DNA from: Escherichia coli
GTDB taxonomy: Bacteria; Pseudomonadota; Gammaproteobacteria; Enterobacterales; Enterobacteriaceae
Strand: one strand, 5' to 3'
DNA length: 64,000 nucleotides
NCBI RefSeq assembly: GCF_048403405.1
Contig: NZ_CP183129.1
The notes under the pieces are model-generated. The model worked only from the letters and a program-made list of their open reading frames with translations, ran no database searches and was not told the DNA's origin. The translations under genes and the position numbers were made by a program. Each line of letters begins with the position of its first letter. Within the stretch, counting starts at the first letter, position 1. This document shows positions 8,937 to 20,456 of the stretch, piece after piece.

Positions 8937-10325
8937 ATGGAAAACAAGTCTGCTCGTGCAAAGGTCCAGGCTTTTGGGGGTTTTTTGACGGCAATGGTCA
9001 TCCCCAATATCGGTGCTTTTATTGCCTGGGGCTTTATAACTGCGTTATTTATTCCCACCGGTTGGCTGCCGAATGAACATTTCGCCAAAATTGTCGGCCC
9101 GATGATTACCTATTTATTGCCCGTGATGATTGGTTCTACCGGTGGTCACCTGGTCGGCGGTAAACGCGGCGCGGTCATGGGCGGAATTGGTACGATTGGT
9201 GTGATCGTCGGCGCAGAGATCCCGATGTTCCTTGGCTCGATGATTATGGGGCCGCTCGGTGGTCTGGTGATTAAATATATCGACAAGGCGCTGGAAAAAC
9301 GCATACCTGCCGGTTTTGAGATGGTTATCAATAACTTCTCATTAGGTATCGCGGGGATGCTCCTTTGTCTGCTGGGTTTTGAAGTTATCGGCCCGGCGGT
9401 GTTAATTGCCAATACTTTCGTCAAAGAGTGTATCGAGGCGCTGGTACATGCGGGTTATCTGCCTCTGCTGTCAGTCATCAATGAACCGGCGAAAGTGCTT
9501 TTCCTCAATAATGCGATCGATCAGGGCGTCTATTATCCGCTGGGAATGCAACAGGCTTCGGTTAACGGTAAATCTATCTTCTTTATGGTGGCGTCCAATC
9601 CTGGGCCTGGCTTAGGGCTGCTGCTGGCGTTTACCTTGTTTGGTAAAGGGATGAGTAAACGTTCTGCGCCCGGGGCGATGATTATTCACTTCCTCGGTGG
9701 GATCCACGAACTGTATTTCCCGTATGTGCTGATGAAGCCGCTGACCATTATTGCCATGATTGCGGGCGGTATGTCTGGCACCTGGATGTTTAACTTACTG
9801 GACGGTGGTCTGGTGGCTGGCCCAAGTCCGGGGTCTATCTTTGCTTACCTGGCGCTGACGCCGAAAGGCTCATTCCTGGCGACAATTGCTGGTGTTACGG
9901 TAGGTACCCTGGTGTCCTTTGCTATCACTTCGCTGATACTGAAGATGGAAAAAACGGTGGAAACGGAGAACGAAGATGAGTTTGCTCAGTCAGCCAATGC
10001 GGTTAAGGCGATGAAACAAGAGGGTGCATTCTCGTTAAGCCGGGTTAAGCGTATCGCCTTTGTTTGCGATGCGGGGATGGGCTCCAGCGCGATGGGCGCG
10101 ACCACCTTCCGTAAACGCCTGGAAAAGGCGGGGCTGGCAATAGAAGTAAAACATTACGCGATAGAAAACGTGCCTGCGGATGCCGATATCGTCGTTACTC
10201 ATGCCAGTCTGGAAGGGCGCGTGAAACGTGTGACGGATAAACCGCTGATATTGATTAATAACTATATTGGCGATCCAAAACTCGACACTTTATTTAATCA
10301 ATTAACCGCCGAACATAAAAACTGA
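8937..10325 (+). CDS. cmtA: PTS mannitol-like EIICB component (cryptic), 462 aa
   Basis: 462 aa polytopic membrane protein with C-terminal EIIB-like domain (FVCDAGMGSSAMG); MtlA homolog; order cmtB-cmtA. Confidence 0.88.
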   Translation: MENKSARAKVQAFGGFLTAMVIPNIGAFIAWGFITALFIPTGWLPNEHFAKIVGPMITYLLPVMIGSTGGHLVGGKRGAVMGGIGTIGVIVGAEIPMFLGSMIMGPLGGLVIKYIDKALEKRIPAGFEMVINNFSLGIAGMLLCLLGFEVIGPAVLIANTFVKECIEALVHAGYLPLLSVINEPAKVLFLNNAIDQGVYYPLGMQQASVNGKSIFFMVASNPGPGLGLLLAFTLFGKGMSKRSAPGAMIIHFLGGIHELYFPYVLMKPLTIIAMIAGGMSGTWMFNLLDGGLVAGPSPGSIFAYLALTPKGSFLATIAGVTVGTLVSFAITSLILKMEKTVETENEDEFAQSANAVKAMKQEGAFSLSRVKRIAFVCDAGMGSSAMGATTFRKRLEKAGLAIEVKHYAIENVPADADIVVTHASLEGRVKRVTDKPLILINNYIGDPKLDTLFNQLTAEHKN

Positions 10326-10339
10326 TTGCCGAGGTAAAA

Positions 10340-11617
10340 ATGAAAACCAAAGTTGCTGCTATTTATGGCAAGCGGGATATCCGTCTGCGCGAATTTGAAC
10401 TGCCAGAAATTACCGATAATGAACTGCTGGTGAGTGTAATTTCTGACAGCGTCTGTTTATCGACCTGGAAAGCGGCGTTACTCGGTAGTGAACATAAACG
10501 CGTACCCGACGATTTAGAAAATCATCCGGTCATTACCGGGCATGAATGTGCCGGGGTTATTGTTGAAGTGGGTAAAAATCTCACTGGCAAATATAAAAAA
10601 GGCCAGCGTTTTGTATTGCAACCGGCGATGGGGTTACCAAGCGGATATTCAGCGGGCTACAGCTACGAATATTTTGGCGGCAATGCCACTTATATGATTA
10701 TTCCCGAAATCGCCATTAATTTGGGCTGCGTATTACCGTATCACGGCTCTTATTTTGCTGCGGCGTCGCTGGCAGAGCCTATGTGCTGCATTATTGGCGC
10801 TTATCATGCCAATTATCACACCACGCAATATGTTTATGAGCATCGCATGGGCGTTAAACCTGGCGGCAATATTGCGCTGCTGGCATGTGCTGGTCCGATG
10901 GGCATTGGCGCTATCGATTATGCTATTAACGGCGGCATACAACCGTCGCGGGTGGTGGTGGTCGATATCGACGACAAACGCCTGGCGCAGGTACAAAAGC
11001 TGCTGCCGGTGGAACTGGCGGCCAGTAAAGGCATTGAGCTGGTGTATATGAATACCAAAGGGATGAGCGATCCGGTCCAGACGCTGCGGGCGCTGACGGA
11101 TGATGCCGGATTTGATGACGTATTTGTCTATGCAGCGGTGCCTTCAGTCGTCGAGATGGCTGATGAATTACTGGCGGAAGATGGCTGCCTGAACTTCTTT
11201 GCCGGGCCGACGGATAAAAACTTCAAAGTGCCGTTTAATTTCTACAACGTCCATTACAACAGCACGCATGTCGTCGGTACGTCCGGCGGTTCAACGGACG
11301 ACATGAAAGAGGCGATTGCGCTTAGCGCCACAGGGCAGTTGCAGCCGTCGTTTATGGTGACCCATATCGGTGGGCTGGATGCGGTGCCTGATACCGTGCT
11401 CAATCTGCCGGATATCCCCGGCGGTAAAAAACTCATTTATAACGGCGTCACCATGCCGCTCACTGCCATTGCCGATTTTGCCGAAAAAGGCAAAACCGAT
11501 CCGCTGTTTAAAGAGCTGGCGCGGCTGGTTGAGGAAACGCACGGCATCTGGAATGAGCAGGCCGAGAAATATCTGCTGGCGCAATTTGGCGTTGATATCG
11601 GGGAGGCCGCACAATGA
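10340..11617 (+). CDS. yggP: zinc-type polyol/sugar-phosphate dehydrogenase family protein, 425 aa
   Basis: 425 aa; MDR alcohol dehydrogenase-like Cys/His motifs (GHECAG); order and length match recalled yggP. Confidence 0.8.
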   Translation: MKTKVAAIYGKRDIRLREFELPEITDNELLVSVISDSVCLSTWKAALLGSEHKRVPDDLENHPVITGHECAGVIVEVGKNLTGKYKKGQRFVLQPAMGLPSGYSAGYSYEYFGGNATYMIIPEIAINLGCVLPYHGSYFAAASLAEPMCCIIGAYHANYHTTQYVYEHRMGVKPGGNIALLACAGPMGIGAIDYAINGGIQPSRVVVVDIDDKRLAQVQKLLPVELAASKGIELVYMNTKGMSDPVQTLRALTDDAGFDDVFVYAAVPSVVEMADELLAEDGCLNFFAGPTDKNFKVPFNFYNVHYNSTHVVGTSGGSTDDMKEAIALSATGQLQPSFMVTHIGGLDAVPDTVLNLPDIPGGKKLIYNGVTMPLTAIADFAEKGKTDPLFKELARLVEETHGIWNEQAEKYLLAQFGVDIGEAAQ

Positions 11618-12579
11618 TGTCCCTGGCGTGGCCATTATTTCGCGTTACGGAACAGGCAGCGTTGGCTGCCTGGCCGCAAACCGGATGTGGCGACAAAAAT
11701 AAAATTGATGGCCTGGCGGTCACCGCGATGCGCCAGGCATTAAACGACGTCGCTTTTCGTGGGCGAGTGGTTATCGGCGAGGGAGAGATTGACCATGCGC
11801 CGATGCTGTGGATTGGCGAAGAGGTGGGCAAAGGCGATGGGCCAGAAGTCGATATCGCGGTTGACCCGATTGAAGGTACGCGGATGGTGGCGATGGGGCA
11901 GAGCAATGCGCTGGCGGTCATGGCTTTCGCCCCTCGAGATAGCCTGTTACACGCGCCCGATATGTATATGAAAAAACTGGTTGTTAATCGGCTGGCGGCG
12001 GGCGCGATTGATCTGTCCATGCCTCTGGCGGACAACTTGCGCAACGTGGCGAAAGCGTTAGGCAAACCGCTGGACAAGCTGCGTATGGTTACGCTGGATA
12101 AACCGCGCCTGAGTGCCGCAATTGAGGAAGCAACACAGCTGGGCGTGAAGGTTTTTGCCCTGCCGGATGGCGATGTCGCCGCCAGCGTGCTGACCTGCTG
12201 GCAGGATAATCCTTACGATGTGATGTACACCATCGGCGGTGCGCCAGAAGGCGTGATTTCTGCCTGTGCCGTTAAAGCATTAGGCGGGGATATGCAGGCC
12301 GAGCTGATTGACTTTTGTCAGGCTAAAGGGGATTACACGGAAAATCGGCAGATTGCAGTGCAGGAGCGCAAGCGTTGCAAGGAAATGGGCGTTGACGTTA
12401 ACCGTGTGTACTCGCTCGATGAACTGGTGAGGGGGAACGATATCCTCTTTAGCGCTACGGGCGTGACGGGCGGCGAGCTAGTGAACGGTATCCAACAGAC
12501 GGCGAATGGGGTGCGGACGCAGACATTACTGATCGGCGGCGCGGACCAAACGTGTAATATAATAGACTCCCTGCATTGA
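11614..12579 (+). CDS. yggF: class II fructose-1,6-bisphosphatase (GlpX family), 321 aa
   Basis: 321 aa; GlpX-like sequence; 4-bp overlap with yggP stop. Confidence 0.82.
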   Translation: MMSLAWPLFRVTEQAALAAWPQTGCGDKNKIDGLAVTAMRQALNDVAFRGRVVIGEGEIDHAPMLWIGEEVGKGDGPEVDIAVDPIEGTRMVAMGQSNALAVMAFAPRDSLLHAPDMYMKKLVVNRLAAGAIDLSMPLADNLRNVAKALGKPLDKLRMVTLDKPRLSAAIEEATQLGVKVFALPDGDVAASVLTCWQDNPYDVMYTIGGAPEGVISACAVKALGGDMQAELIDFCQAKGDYTENRQIAVQERKRCKEMGVDVNRVYSLDELVRGNDILFSATGVTGGELVNGIQQTANGVRTQTLLIGGADQTCNIIDSLH

Positions 12580-12600
12580 TGGTGATCTATCGGAAGACCA

Positions 12601-13110
12601 ATGGCGACGCTGACAGAAGATGATGTGCTTGAGCAACTGGAGGCACAGGACAATTTATTTTCATTTATGAAAACTGCGCATACCATTTTGCTCCAGGGGA
12701 TACGCCAGTTTCTGCCGTCGCTGTTTGTCAATAACGATGAAGAGATCGTGGAATATGCAGTGAAGCCGTTACTCGCCCAAAGCGGCCCGCTTGACGATAT
12801 TGATGTTGCGCTGCGTTTGATTTATGCGCTGGGGAAAATGGATAAATGGCTGTACGCCGATATCACGCATTTTTCCCAGTTCTGGCATTACCTGAACGAA
12901 CAGAATGAAATGCCCGGATTTGCCGATGACATGACCTGGGATTTTATTAGCAACGTCAATAGCATAACCCGCAATGCGACTCTCTATGACGCGTTGAAAG
13001 CGATGAAGTTCGCCGATTTCGCCGTCTGGTCAGAGGCGCGTTTTAGCGGGATGGTCAAAACGGCGCTGACGCTGGCAGTAACGACAACCTTAAAGGAATT
13101 AACGCCGTGA
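12601..13110 (+). CDS. yggD: MtlR-family protein (recalled as fumarase D / YggD), 169 aa
   Basis: 169 aa; position/length match recalled yggD. Confidence 0.75.
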   Translation: MATLTEDDVLEQLEAQDNLFSFMKTAHTILLQGIRQFLPSLFVNNDEEIVEYAVKPLLAQSGPLDDIDVALRLIYALGKMDKWLYADITHFSQFWHYLNEQNEMPGFADDMTWDFISNVNSITRNATLYDALKAMKFADFAVWSEARFSGMVKTALTLAVTTTLKELTP

Positions 13111-13820
13111 AAATCGAACTGACGGTGAATGGACTAAAGGTACAGGCGCAGTACTCTGATGATGAAATTGAGAATGTTCATAAACCGCTACTGCGTATGC
13201 TGGCGGCCTTACAGACGGTAAATCCGCAGCGGCGTACGGTGGTTTTTCTTTGCGCTCCGCCTGGTACAGGAAAATCGACTCTGACCACCTTCTGGGAATA
13301 TCTTGCGCAACAAGACCCCGAACTGCCCGCTATTCAGACGCTGCCGATGGATGGTTTTCATCATTACAATAGCTGGCTGGATGCGCATCAATTGCGCCCC
13401 TTCAAAGGCGCACCAGAGACATTTGACGTTGCGAAACTGGCGGAAAATCTGCGCCAGGTAATGGAAGGGGATTGTACGTGGCCGCAGTACGATCGACAAA
13501 AGCATGATCCTGTTGAAGATGCGCTGCACGTTACCGCACCCCTCGTCATCGTCGAAGGAAACTGGCTATTACTGGATGATGAAAAGTGGCAGGAGTTGGC
13601 ATCTTTCTGCGATTTTTCTATTTTTATTCATGCACCTGCTCAAATTCTGCGGGAGCGCTTGATTAGTCGTAAAATTGCGGGAGGATTATCGCGGCAAGAA
13701 GCCGAAGCTTTTTATGCCCGAACCGATGGTCCCAATGTCGAGCGTGTGCTGGTGAATAGTCGTCAGGCCAATCTGATATTAGAGATGACCGAAGAAGGCA
13801 GATATCACTTCAAAAGCTGA
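13107..13820 (+). CDS. yggC: P-loop nucleoside/nucleotide kinase-like protein, 237 aa
   Basis: 237 aa; Walker A motif APPGTGKST; 4-bp overlap with yggD. Confidence 0.78.
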   Translation: MKIELTVNGLKVQAQYSDDEIENVHKPLLRMLAALQTVNPQRRTVVFLCAPPGTGKSTLTTFWEYLAQQDPELPAIQTLPMDGFHHYNSWLDAHQLRPFKGAPETFDVAKLAENLRQVMEGDCTWPQYDRQKHDPVEDALHVTAPLVIVEGNWLLLDDEKWQELASFCDFSIFIHAPAQILRERLISRKIAGGLSRQEAEAFYARTDGPNVERVLVNSRQANLILEMTEEGRYHFKS

Positions 13821-14104
13821 CAATTTATTCCAGTTATTGCAGGGGTATTATTACGCCAGCCTGGAATAAAGCCCCCTACAAAAGGGGATAAAAGTGTGAT
13901 GTAAGTCAGATAAATGTCTTCTTCGGCTGGACAATCATTCCTTTTATTCCACGTTTCGCTTATCCTAGCTGAAGCGTTTCAGTCGATTAAATGTTCGACA
14001 ATTAACCAATCAGTCGCAGTTTGCGACAGGTAAGGTTTCCCCGGACGATTTGCTGGATTACTCTGTCTGGCAAATTTGCTCAGGGAAAACCTTGCAGGAG
14101 ATCT

Positions 14105-15124
14105 ATGACCGTACGCGTAGCGATAAATGGCTTCGGTCGCATCGGGCGTAATGTGGTTCGTGCTTTGTATGAATCCGGACGCCGGGCGGAAATTACCGTG
14201 GTGGCAATCAACGAACTGGCGGATGCTGCGGGCATGGCGCATTTGTTGAAATATGACACCAGCCATGGCCGTTTTGCATGGGAAGTACGACAGGAACGCG
14301 ATCAACTTTTTGTTGGTGATGACGCCATCCGCGTATTGCATGAACGTTCACTGCAATCGCTCCCCTGGCGTGAACTTGGCGTTGATGTAGTCCTCGACTG
14401 CACCGGCGTATATGGCTCCCGCGAGCATGGCGAAGCGCATATTGCCGCCGGGGCCAAAAAAGTGCTCTTTTCACATCCTGGCAGTAACGATCTCGACGCG
14501 ACCGTTGTTTACGGCGTCAATCAGGATCAACTTCGTGCGGAACACCGCATCGTTTCTAACGCTTCCTGTACCACGAATTGCATAATTCCCGTCATCAAAT
14601 TGTTAGATGATGCGTACGGTATTGAGTCCGGCACTGTGACCACAATTCACTCCGCCATGCACGATCAACAGGTTATTGATGCATACCATCCTGACCTGCG
14701 TCGCACCCGGGCAGCCAGCCAGTCGATCATTCCGGTCGATACTAAACTGGCCGCCGGTATCACACGATTTTTTCCGCAATTTAACGATCGCTTTGAAGCG
14801 ATTGCGGTACGTGTGCCAACCATAAATGTGACGGCAATCGATTTAAGCGTGACGGTGAAGAAACCTGTAAAAGCCAATGAAGTCAACCTGTTGCTGCAAA
14901 AAGCAGCACAAGGTGCATTTCATGGTATAGTTGACTATACGGAATTGCCGTTGGTCTCTGTAGATTTTAACCACGATCCGCACAGTGCCATTGTCGATGG
15001 CACCCAAACCCGGGTCAGTGGCGCACACCTGATCAAAACGTTGGTCTGGTGCGATAACGAATGGGGCTTTGCTAACCGAATGCTCGACACGACGTTAGCT
15101 ATGGCTACTGTTGCTTTCAGGTAA
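14105..15124 (+). CDS. epd: erythrose-4-phosphate dehydrogenase, 339 aa
   Basis: ATG at 14105 gives [25 protein letters not shown]... (GAPDH family); ORF-track start 14021 is an over-extension. Confidence 0.9.
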
Positions 15125-15173
15125 GACGCAAGCAGCGTCTGCAAAACTTTTAGAATCAACGAGAGGATTCACC

Positions 15174-16337
15174 ATGTCTGTAATTAAGATGACCGATCTG
15201 GATCTTGCTGGGAAACGTGTATTTATCCGTGCGGATCTGAACGTACCAGTAAAAGACGGGAAAGTAACCAGCGACGCGCGTATCCGTGCTTCTCTGCCGA
15301 CCATCGAACTGGCCCTGAAACAAGGCGCAAAAGTGATGGTAACTTCCCACCTGGGTCGTCCTACCGAAGGCGAGTACAACGAAGAATTCTCTCTGCTGCC
15401 GGTTGTTAACTACCTGAAAGACAAACTGTCTAACCCGGTTCGTTTGGTTAAAGATTACCTCGACGGCGTTGACGTTGCTGAAGGTGAACTGGTTGTTCTG
15501 GAAAACGTTCGCTTCAACAAAGGCGAGAAGAAAGACGACGAAACTCTGTCCAAAAAATACGCTGCACTGTGTGACGTGTTCGTAATGGACGCATTCGGTA
15601 CTGCTCACCGCGCGCAGGCTTCTACTCACGGTATCGGTAAATTTGCTGATGTTGCGTGCGCAGGTCCGCTGCTGGCAGCTGAACTGGACGCGCTGGGTAA
15701 AGCACTGAAAGAACCTGCTCGCCCGATGGTGGCTATCGTTGGTGGTTCTAAAGTATCTACCAAACTGACCGTTCTGGACTCCCTGTCTAAAATCGCTGAC
15801 CAGCTGATTGTTGGTGGTGGCATCGCTAACACCTTTATCGCGGCACAAGGCCACGATGTGGGTAAATCTCTGTACGAAGCTGACCTGGTTGACGAAGCTA
15901 AACGTCTGCTGACCACCTGCAACATCCCGGTTCCGTCTGATGTTCGCGTAGCAACCGAGTTCTCTGAAACTGCACCGGCTACCCTGAAATCTGTTAACGA
16001 TGTGAAAGCTGACGAGCAGATCCTGGATATCGGTGATGCTTCCGCTCAGGAACTGGCTGAAATCCTGAAGAATGCGAAAACCATTCTGTGGAACGGTCCG
16101 GTTGGCGTGTTCGAATTCCCGAACTTCCGCAAAGGTACTGAAATCGTGGCTAACGCTATCGCAGACAGCGAAGCGTTCTCCATCGCTGGCGGCGGCGACA
16201 CTCTGGCAGCAATCGACCTGTTCGGCATTGCTGACAAAATCTCCTACATCTCCACTGGCGGCGGTGCATTCCTCGAATTCGTGGAAGGTAAAGTACTGCC
16301 TGCAGTAGCGATGCTCGAAGAGCGCGCTAAGAAGTAA
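15174..16337 (+). CDS. pgk: phosphoglycerate kinase, 387 aa
   Basis: [25 protein letters not shown]...; ORF-track start 15111 is over-extended. Confidence 0.95.
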
Positions 16338-16551
16338 AAAAATCACAGGGCAGGGAAACCTGCCCTTGTTGCAGCGCGCTTTTAAAGCACGCACTTTTTC
16401 ATACTCTAAATAATTCGAGTTGCAGGAAGGCGACAAGAGAGTGAATCCCATGAGCTTACATAAGTAAGTGACTGAGGTGAGCGAACGCAGACGCAGCACA
16501 TGCAACTTGAAGTATGACGAGTATAAGGCCCGACGATACAGGACAAGAGAC

Positions 16552-17631
16552 ATGTCTAAGATTTTTGATTTCGTAAAACCTGGCGTAATCACTGGTGATG
16601 ACGTACAGAAAGTTTTCCAGGTAGCAAAAGAAAACAACTTCGCACTGCCAGCAGTAAACTGCGTCGGTACTGACTCCATCAACGCCGTGCTGGAAACCGC
16701 TGCTAAAGTTAAAGCGCCGGTTATCGTTCAGTTCTCCAACGGTGGTGCTTCCTTTATCGCTGGTAAAGGCGTGAAATCTGACGTTCCGCAGGGCGCTGCT
16801 ATCCTGGGCGCGATCTCTGGTGCGCATCACGTTCACCAGATGGCTGAACATTATGGTGTTCCGGTTATCCTGCACACCGACCACTGCGCGAAGAAACTGC
16901 TGCCGTGGATCGACGGTCTGCTGGACGCGGGTGAGAAACACTTCGCTGCTACCGGTAAGCCGCTGTTCTCTTCTCACATGATCGACCTGTCTGAAGAATC
17001 TCTGCAAGAGAACATCGAAATCTGCTCTAAATACCTGGAGCGCATGTCCAAAATCGGCATGACTCTGGAAATCGAACTGGGTTGCACCGGTGGTGAAGAA
17101 GACGGCGTAGACAACAGCCACATGGACGCTTCTGCACTGTACACCCAGCCGGAAGACGTTGATTACGCATACACCGAGCTGAGCAAAATCAGCCCGCGTT
17201 TCACCATCGCTGCGTCCTTCGGTAACGTACACGGTGTTTACAAGCCGGGTAACGTGGTTCTGACTCCGACCATCCTGCGTGATTCTCAGGAATATGTTTC
17301 TAAGAAACACAACCTGCCGCACAACAGCCTGAACTTCGTATTCCACGGTGGTTCCGGTTCTACTGCTCAGGAAATCAAAGACTCCGTAAGCTACGGCGTA
17401 GTGAAAATGAACATCGATACCGATACCCAATGGGCAACCTGGGAAGGCGTTCTGAACTACTACAAAGCGAACGAAGCTTACCTGCAGGGTCAGCTGGGTA
17501 ACCCGAAAGGCGAAGATCAGCCGAACAAGAAATACTACGATCCGCGCGTATGGCTGCGTGCCGGTCAGACTTCGATGATCGCTCGTCTGGAAAAAGCATT
17601 CCAGGAACTGAACGCGATCGACGTTCTGTAA
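16552..17631 (+). CDS. fbaA: fructose-bisphosphate aldolase class II, 359 aa
   Basis: MSKIFDFVKPGVITGDDVQKVFQVAKENNFALPAVNCVG...; ORF-track start 16468 over-extended. Confidence 0.95.
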   Translation: MSKIFDFVKPGVITGDDVQKVFQVAKENNFALPAVNCVGTDSINAVLETAAKVKAPVIVQFSNGGASFIAGKGVKSDVPQGAAILGAISGAHHVHQMAEHYGVPVILHTDHCAKKLLPWIDGLLDAGEKHFAATGKPLFSSHMIDLSEESLQENIEICSKYLERMSKIGMTLEIELGCTGGEEDGVDNSHMDASALYTQPEDVDYAYTELSKISPRFTIAASFGNVHGVYKPGNVVLTPTILRDSQEYVSKKHNLPHNSLNFVFHGGSGSTAQEIKDSVSYGVVKMNIDTDTQWATWEGVLNYYKANEAYLQGQLGNPKGEDQPNKKYYDPRVWLRAGQTSMIARLEKAFQELNAIDVL

Positions 17632-17655
17632 GTCATTCCTTTCTGCTTATCTCAA

Positions 17656-17680
17656 GGCCCGCTCTGCGGGTCTTTTTTTC
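17656..17680 (+). terminator. fbaA terminator
   Basis: GGCCCGC-TCT-GCGGGTC hairpin followed by TTTTTTT. Confidence 0.55.
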
Positions 17681-17821
17681 GCCAAAAGCAAGGTGATGCA
17701 GATGAGAAATCTGTGATCTATTTGGCAAAATTATGCTTTATTGTTTACCCTTGTCAGACTGCCCGTCATAAGGCGGCGGAGTGTATTTCTCCATTTTGAG
17801 TCAGTTGAAAAGGAATATTGA

Positions 17822-18682
<861 letters not shown>

Positions 18683-18690
18683 TCAACGCT

Positions 18691-18735
18691 GAGGCCAGAT
18701 AATACTCTCTGGCCTCTCTCTTATTAGTTTTTCTG
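18691..18735 (+). terminator. mscS terminator
   Basis: GAGGCCAG-ataatactct-CTGGCCTC hairpin followed by T-rich tract. Confidence 0.55.
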
Positions 18736-18820
18736 ATTGCCAATTAATATTATCAATTTCCGCTAATAACAATCCCGCGATATAGTCTCTGCATCAGATA
18801 CTTAATTCGGAATATCCAAC

Positions 18821-19456
18821 GTGTTTTCTTATTACTTTCAAGGTCTTGCGCTTGGCGCAGCTATGATCCTACCGCTCGGTCCACAAAATGCTTTTGTGAT
18901 GAATCAGGGCATTCGTCGTCAGTACCACATTATGATTGCCTTACTTTGCGCTATCAGCGATTTGGTCCTGATTTGCGCCGGGATTTTTGGTGGCAGCGCG
19001 TTATTGATGCAGTCGCCGTGGTTGCTGGCGCTGGTCACCTGGGGCGGCGTAGCCTTCTTGCTGTGGTATGGTTTTGGCGCTTTTAAAACAGCGATGAGCA
19101 GTAATATTGAGTTAGCCAGTGCCGAAGTCCTGAAGCAAGGCAGATGGAAAATTATCGCCACCATGCTGGCAGTGACCTGGCTGAATCCGCATGTTTACCT
19201 GGATACTTTTGTTGTACTGGGCAGCCTTGGCGGGCAACTTGATGTGGAACCAAAACGTTGGTTTGCGCTCGGGACTATTAGCGCCTCTTTCCTGTGGTTC
19301 TTTGGTCTGGCTATTCTCGCAGCCTGGCTGGCACCGCGCCTGCGCACGGCAAAATCACAACGCATTATCAATCTGGTTGTGGGATGTGTTATGTGGTTTA
19401 TTGCCTTGCAGCTGGCGAGAGACGGTATTGCTCATGCACAAGCCTTGTTCAGTTAG
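18821..19456 (+). CDS. argO: arginine exporter (LysE family), 211 aa
   Basis: 211 aa, GTG start; hydrophobic LysE-type sequence [25 protein letters not shown]... Confidence 0.85.
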
Positions 19457-19548
19457 GCGCTATCTGATGGAAAAATAAAACAGAGGCGCTAAGCTTGCCT
19501 CCAGAGGTCCTGAATTTTAGGCAAGTCAATTAACACGGAGAGACTAAC

Positions 19549-20289
19549 GTGAAGTTCAAAGTTATCGCCCTGGCGGCATTAATGGGTATTAGCGGGATGG
19601 CAGCGCAGGCTAACGAATTGCCGGATGGACCGCATATTGTCACCTCCGGTACGGCAAGCGTGGATGCGGTGCCAGACATTGCCACTCTTGCGATTGAAGT
19701 CAACGTGGCCGCGAAGGATGCCGCTACTGCCAAGAAACAGGCGGATGAGCGCGTCGCACAATACATTTCCTTCCTTGAACTCAATCAGATCGCGAAAAAA
19801 GATATCAGCTCAGCGAACTTACGCACCCAGCCAGATTATGATTATCAGGATGGTAAAAGTATCCTGAAAGGCTACCGTGCTGTGAGAACGGTGGAAGTCA
19901 CGCTCCGTCAGTTAGACAAACTGAATTCCTTGCTGGATGGCGCGCTGAAGGCGGGTCTTAACGAAATTCGTTCTGTGTCGCTGGGCGTGGCGCAGCCGGA
20001 TGCCTATAAAGACAAAGCGCGTAAGGCAGCGATTGATAACGCGATTCATCAGGCGCAGGAACTGGCGAACGGCTTTCATCGTAAACTGGGGCCGGTATAT
20101 AGCGTGCGCTACCATGTTTCCAACTATCAGCCCAGCCCAATGGTGCGGATGATGAAAGCCGATGCCGCGCCGGTGTCCGCCCAGGAAACTTACGAGCAGG
20201 CCGCTATTCAGTTTGATGATCAGGTCGATGTGGTCTTCCAGTTAGAACCTGTGGATCAACAACCCGCTAAAACACCTGCAGCACAATAA
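19549..20289 (+). CDS. yggE: periplasmic DUF541/SIMPL-family protein, 246 aa
   Basis: 246 aa, GTG start, signal peptide MKFKVIALAALMGISGMAAQA; position matches yggE. Confidence 0.85.
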   Translation: MKFKVIALAALMGISGMAAQANELPDGPHIVTSGTASVDAVPDIATLAIEVNVAAKDAATAKKQADERVAQYISFLELNQIAKKDISSANLRTQPDYDYQDGKSILKGYRAVRTVEVTLRQLDKLNSLLDGALKAGLNEIRSVSLGVAQPDAYKDKARKAAIDNAIHQAQELANGFHRKLGPVYSVRYHVSNYQPSPMVRMMKADAAPVSAQETYEQAAIQFDDQVDVVFQLEPVDQQPAKTPAAQ

Positions 20290-20456
20290 TATTTATAGCC
20301 CGACGTATTCGTCGGGCTAATGCCTTTACCCGATATTGCCTCCTTTTTCTGTAATTTTCTGTAAAACCATGACGTAATCACCTATCTTTGCTCGCGGTTT
20401 CATCAAGGATAGGCTGACTGAAACGGTTAAGCGGACAAGGATGCGGGGGAGCGGGG

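Noticed and set aside
15156-17430. Long minus-strand ORFs (508 aa at 15156..16682 and 324 aa at 16456..17430) antisense to pgk and fbaA
   Set aside because: They overlap the full-length glycolytic genes on the opposite strand and have low-complexity, unrecognisable translations; shadow ORFs.
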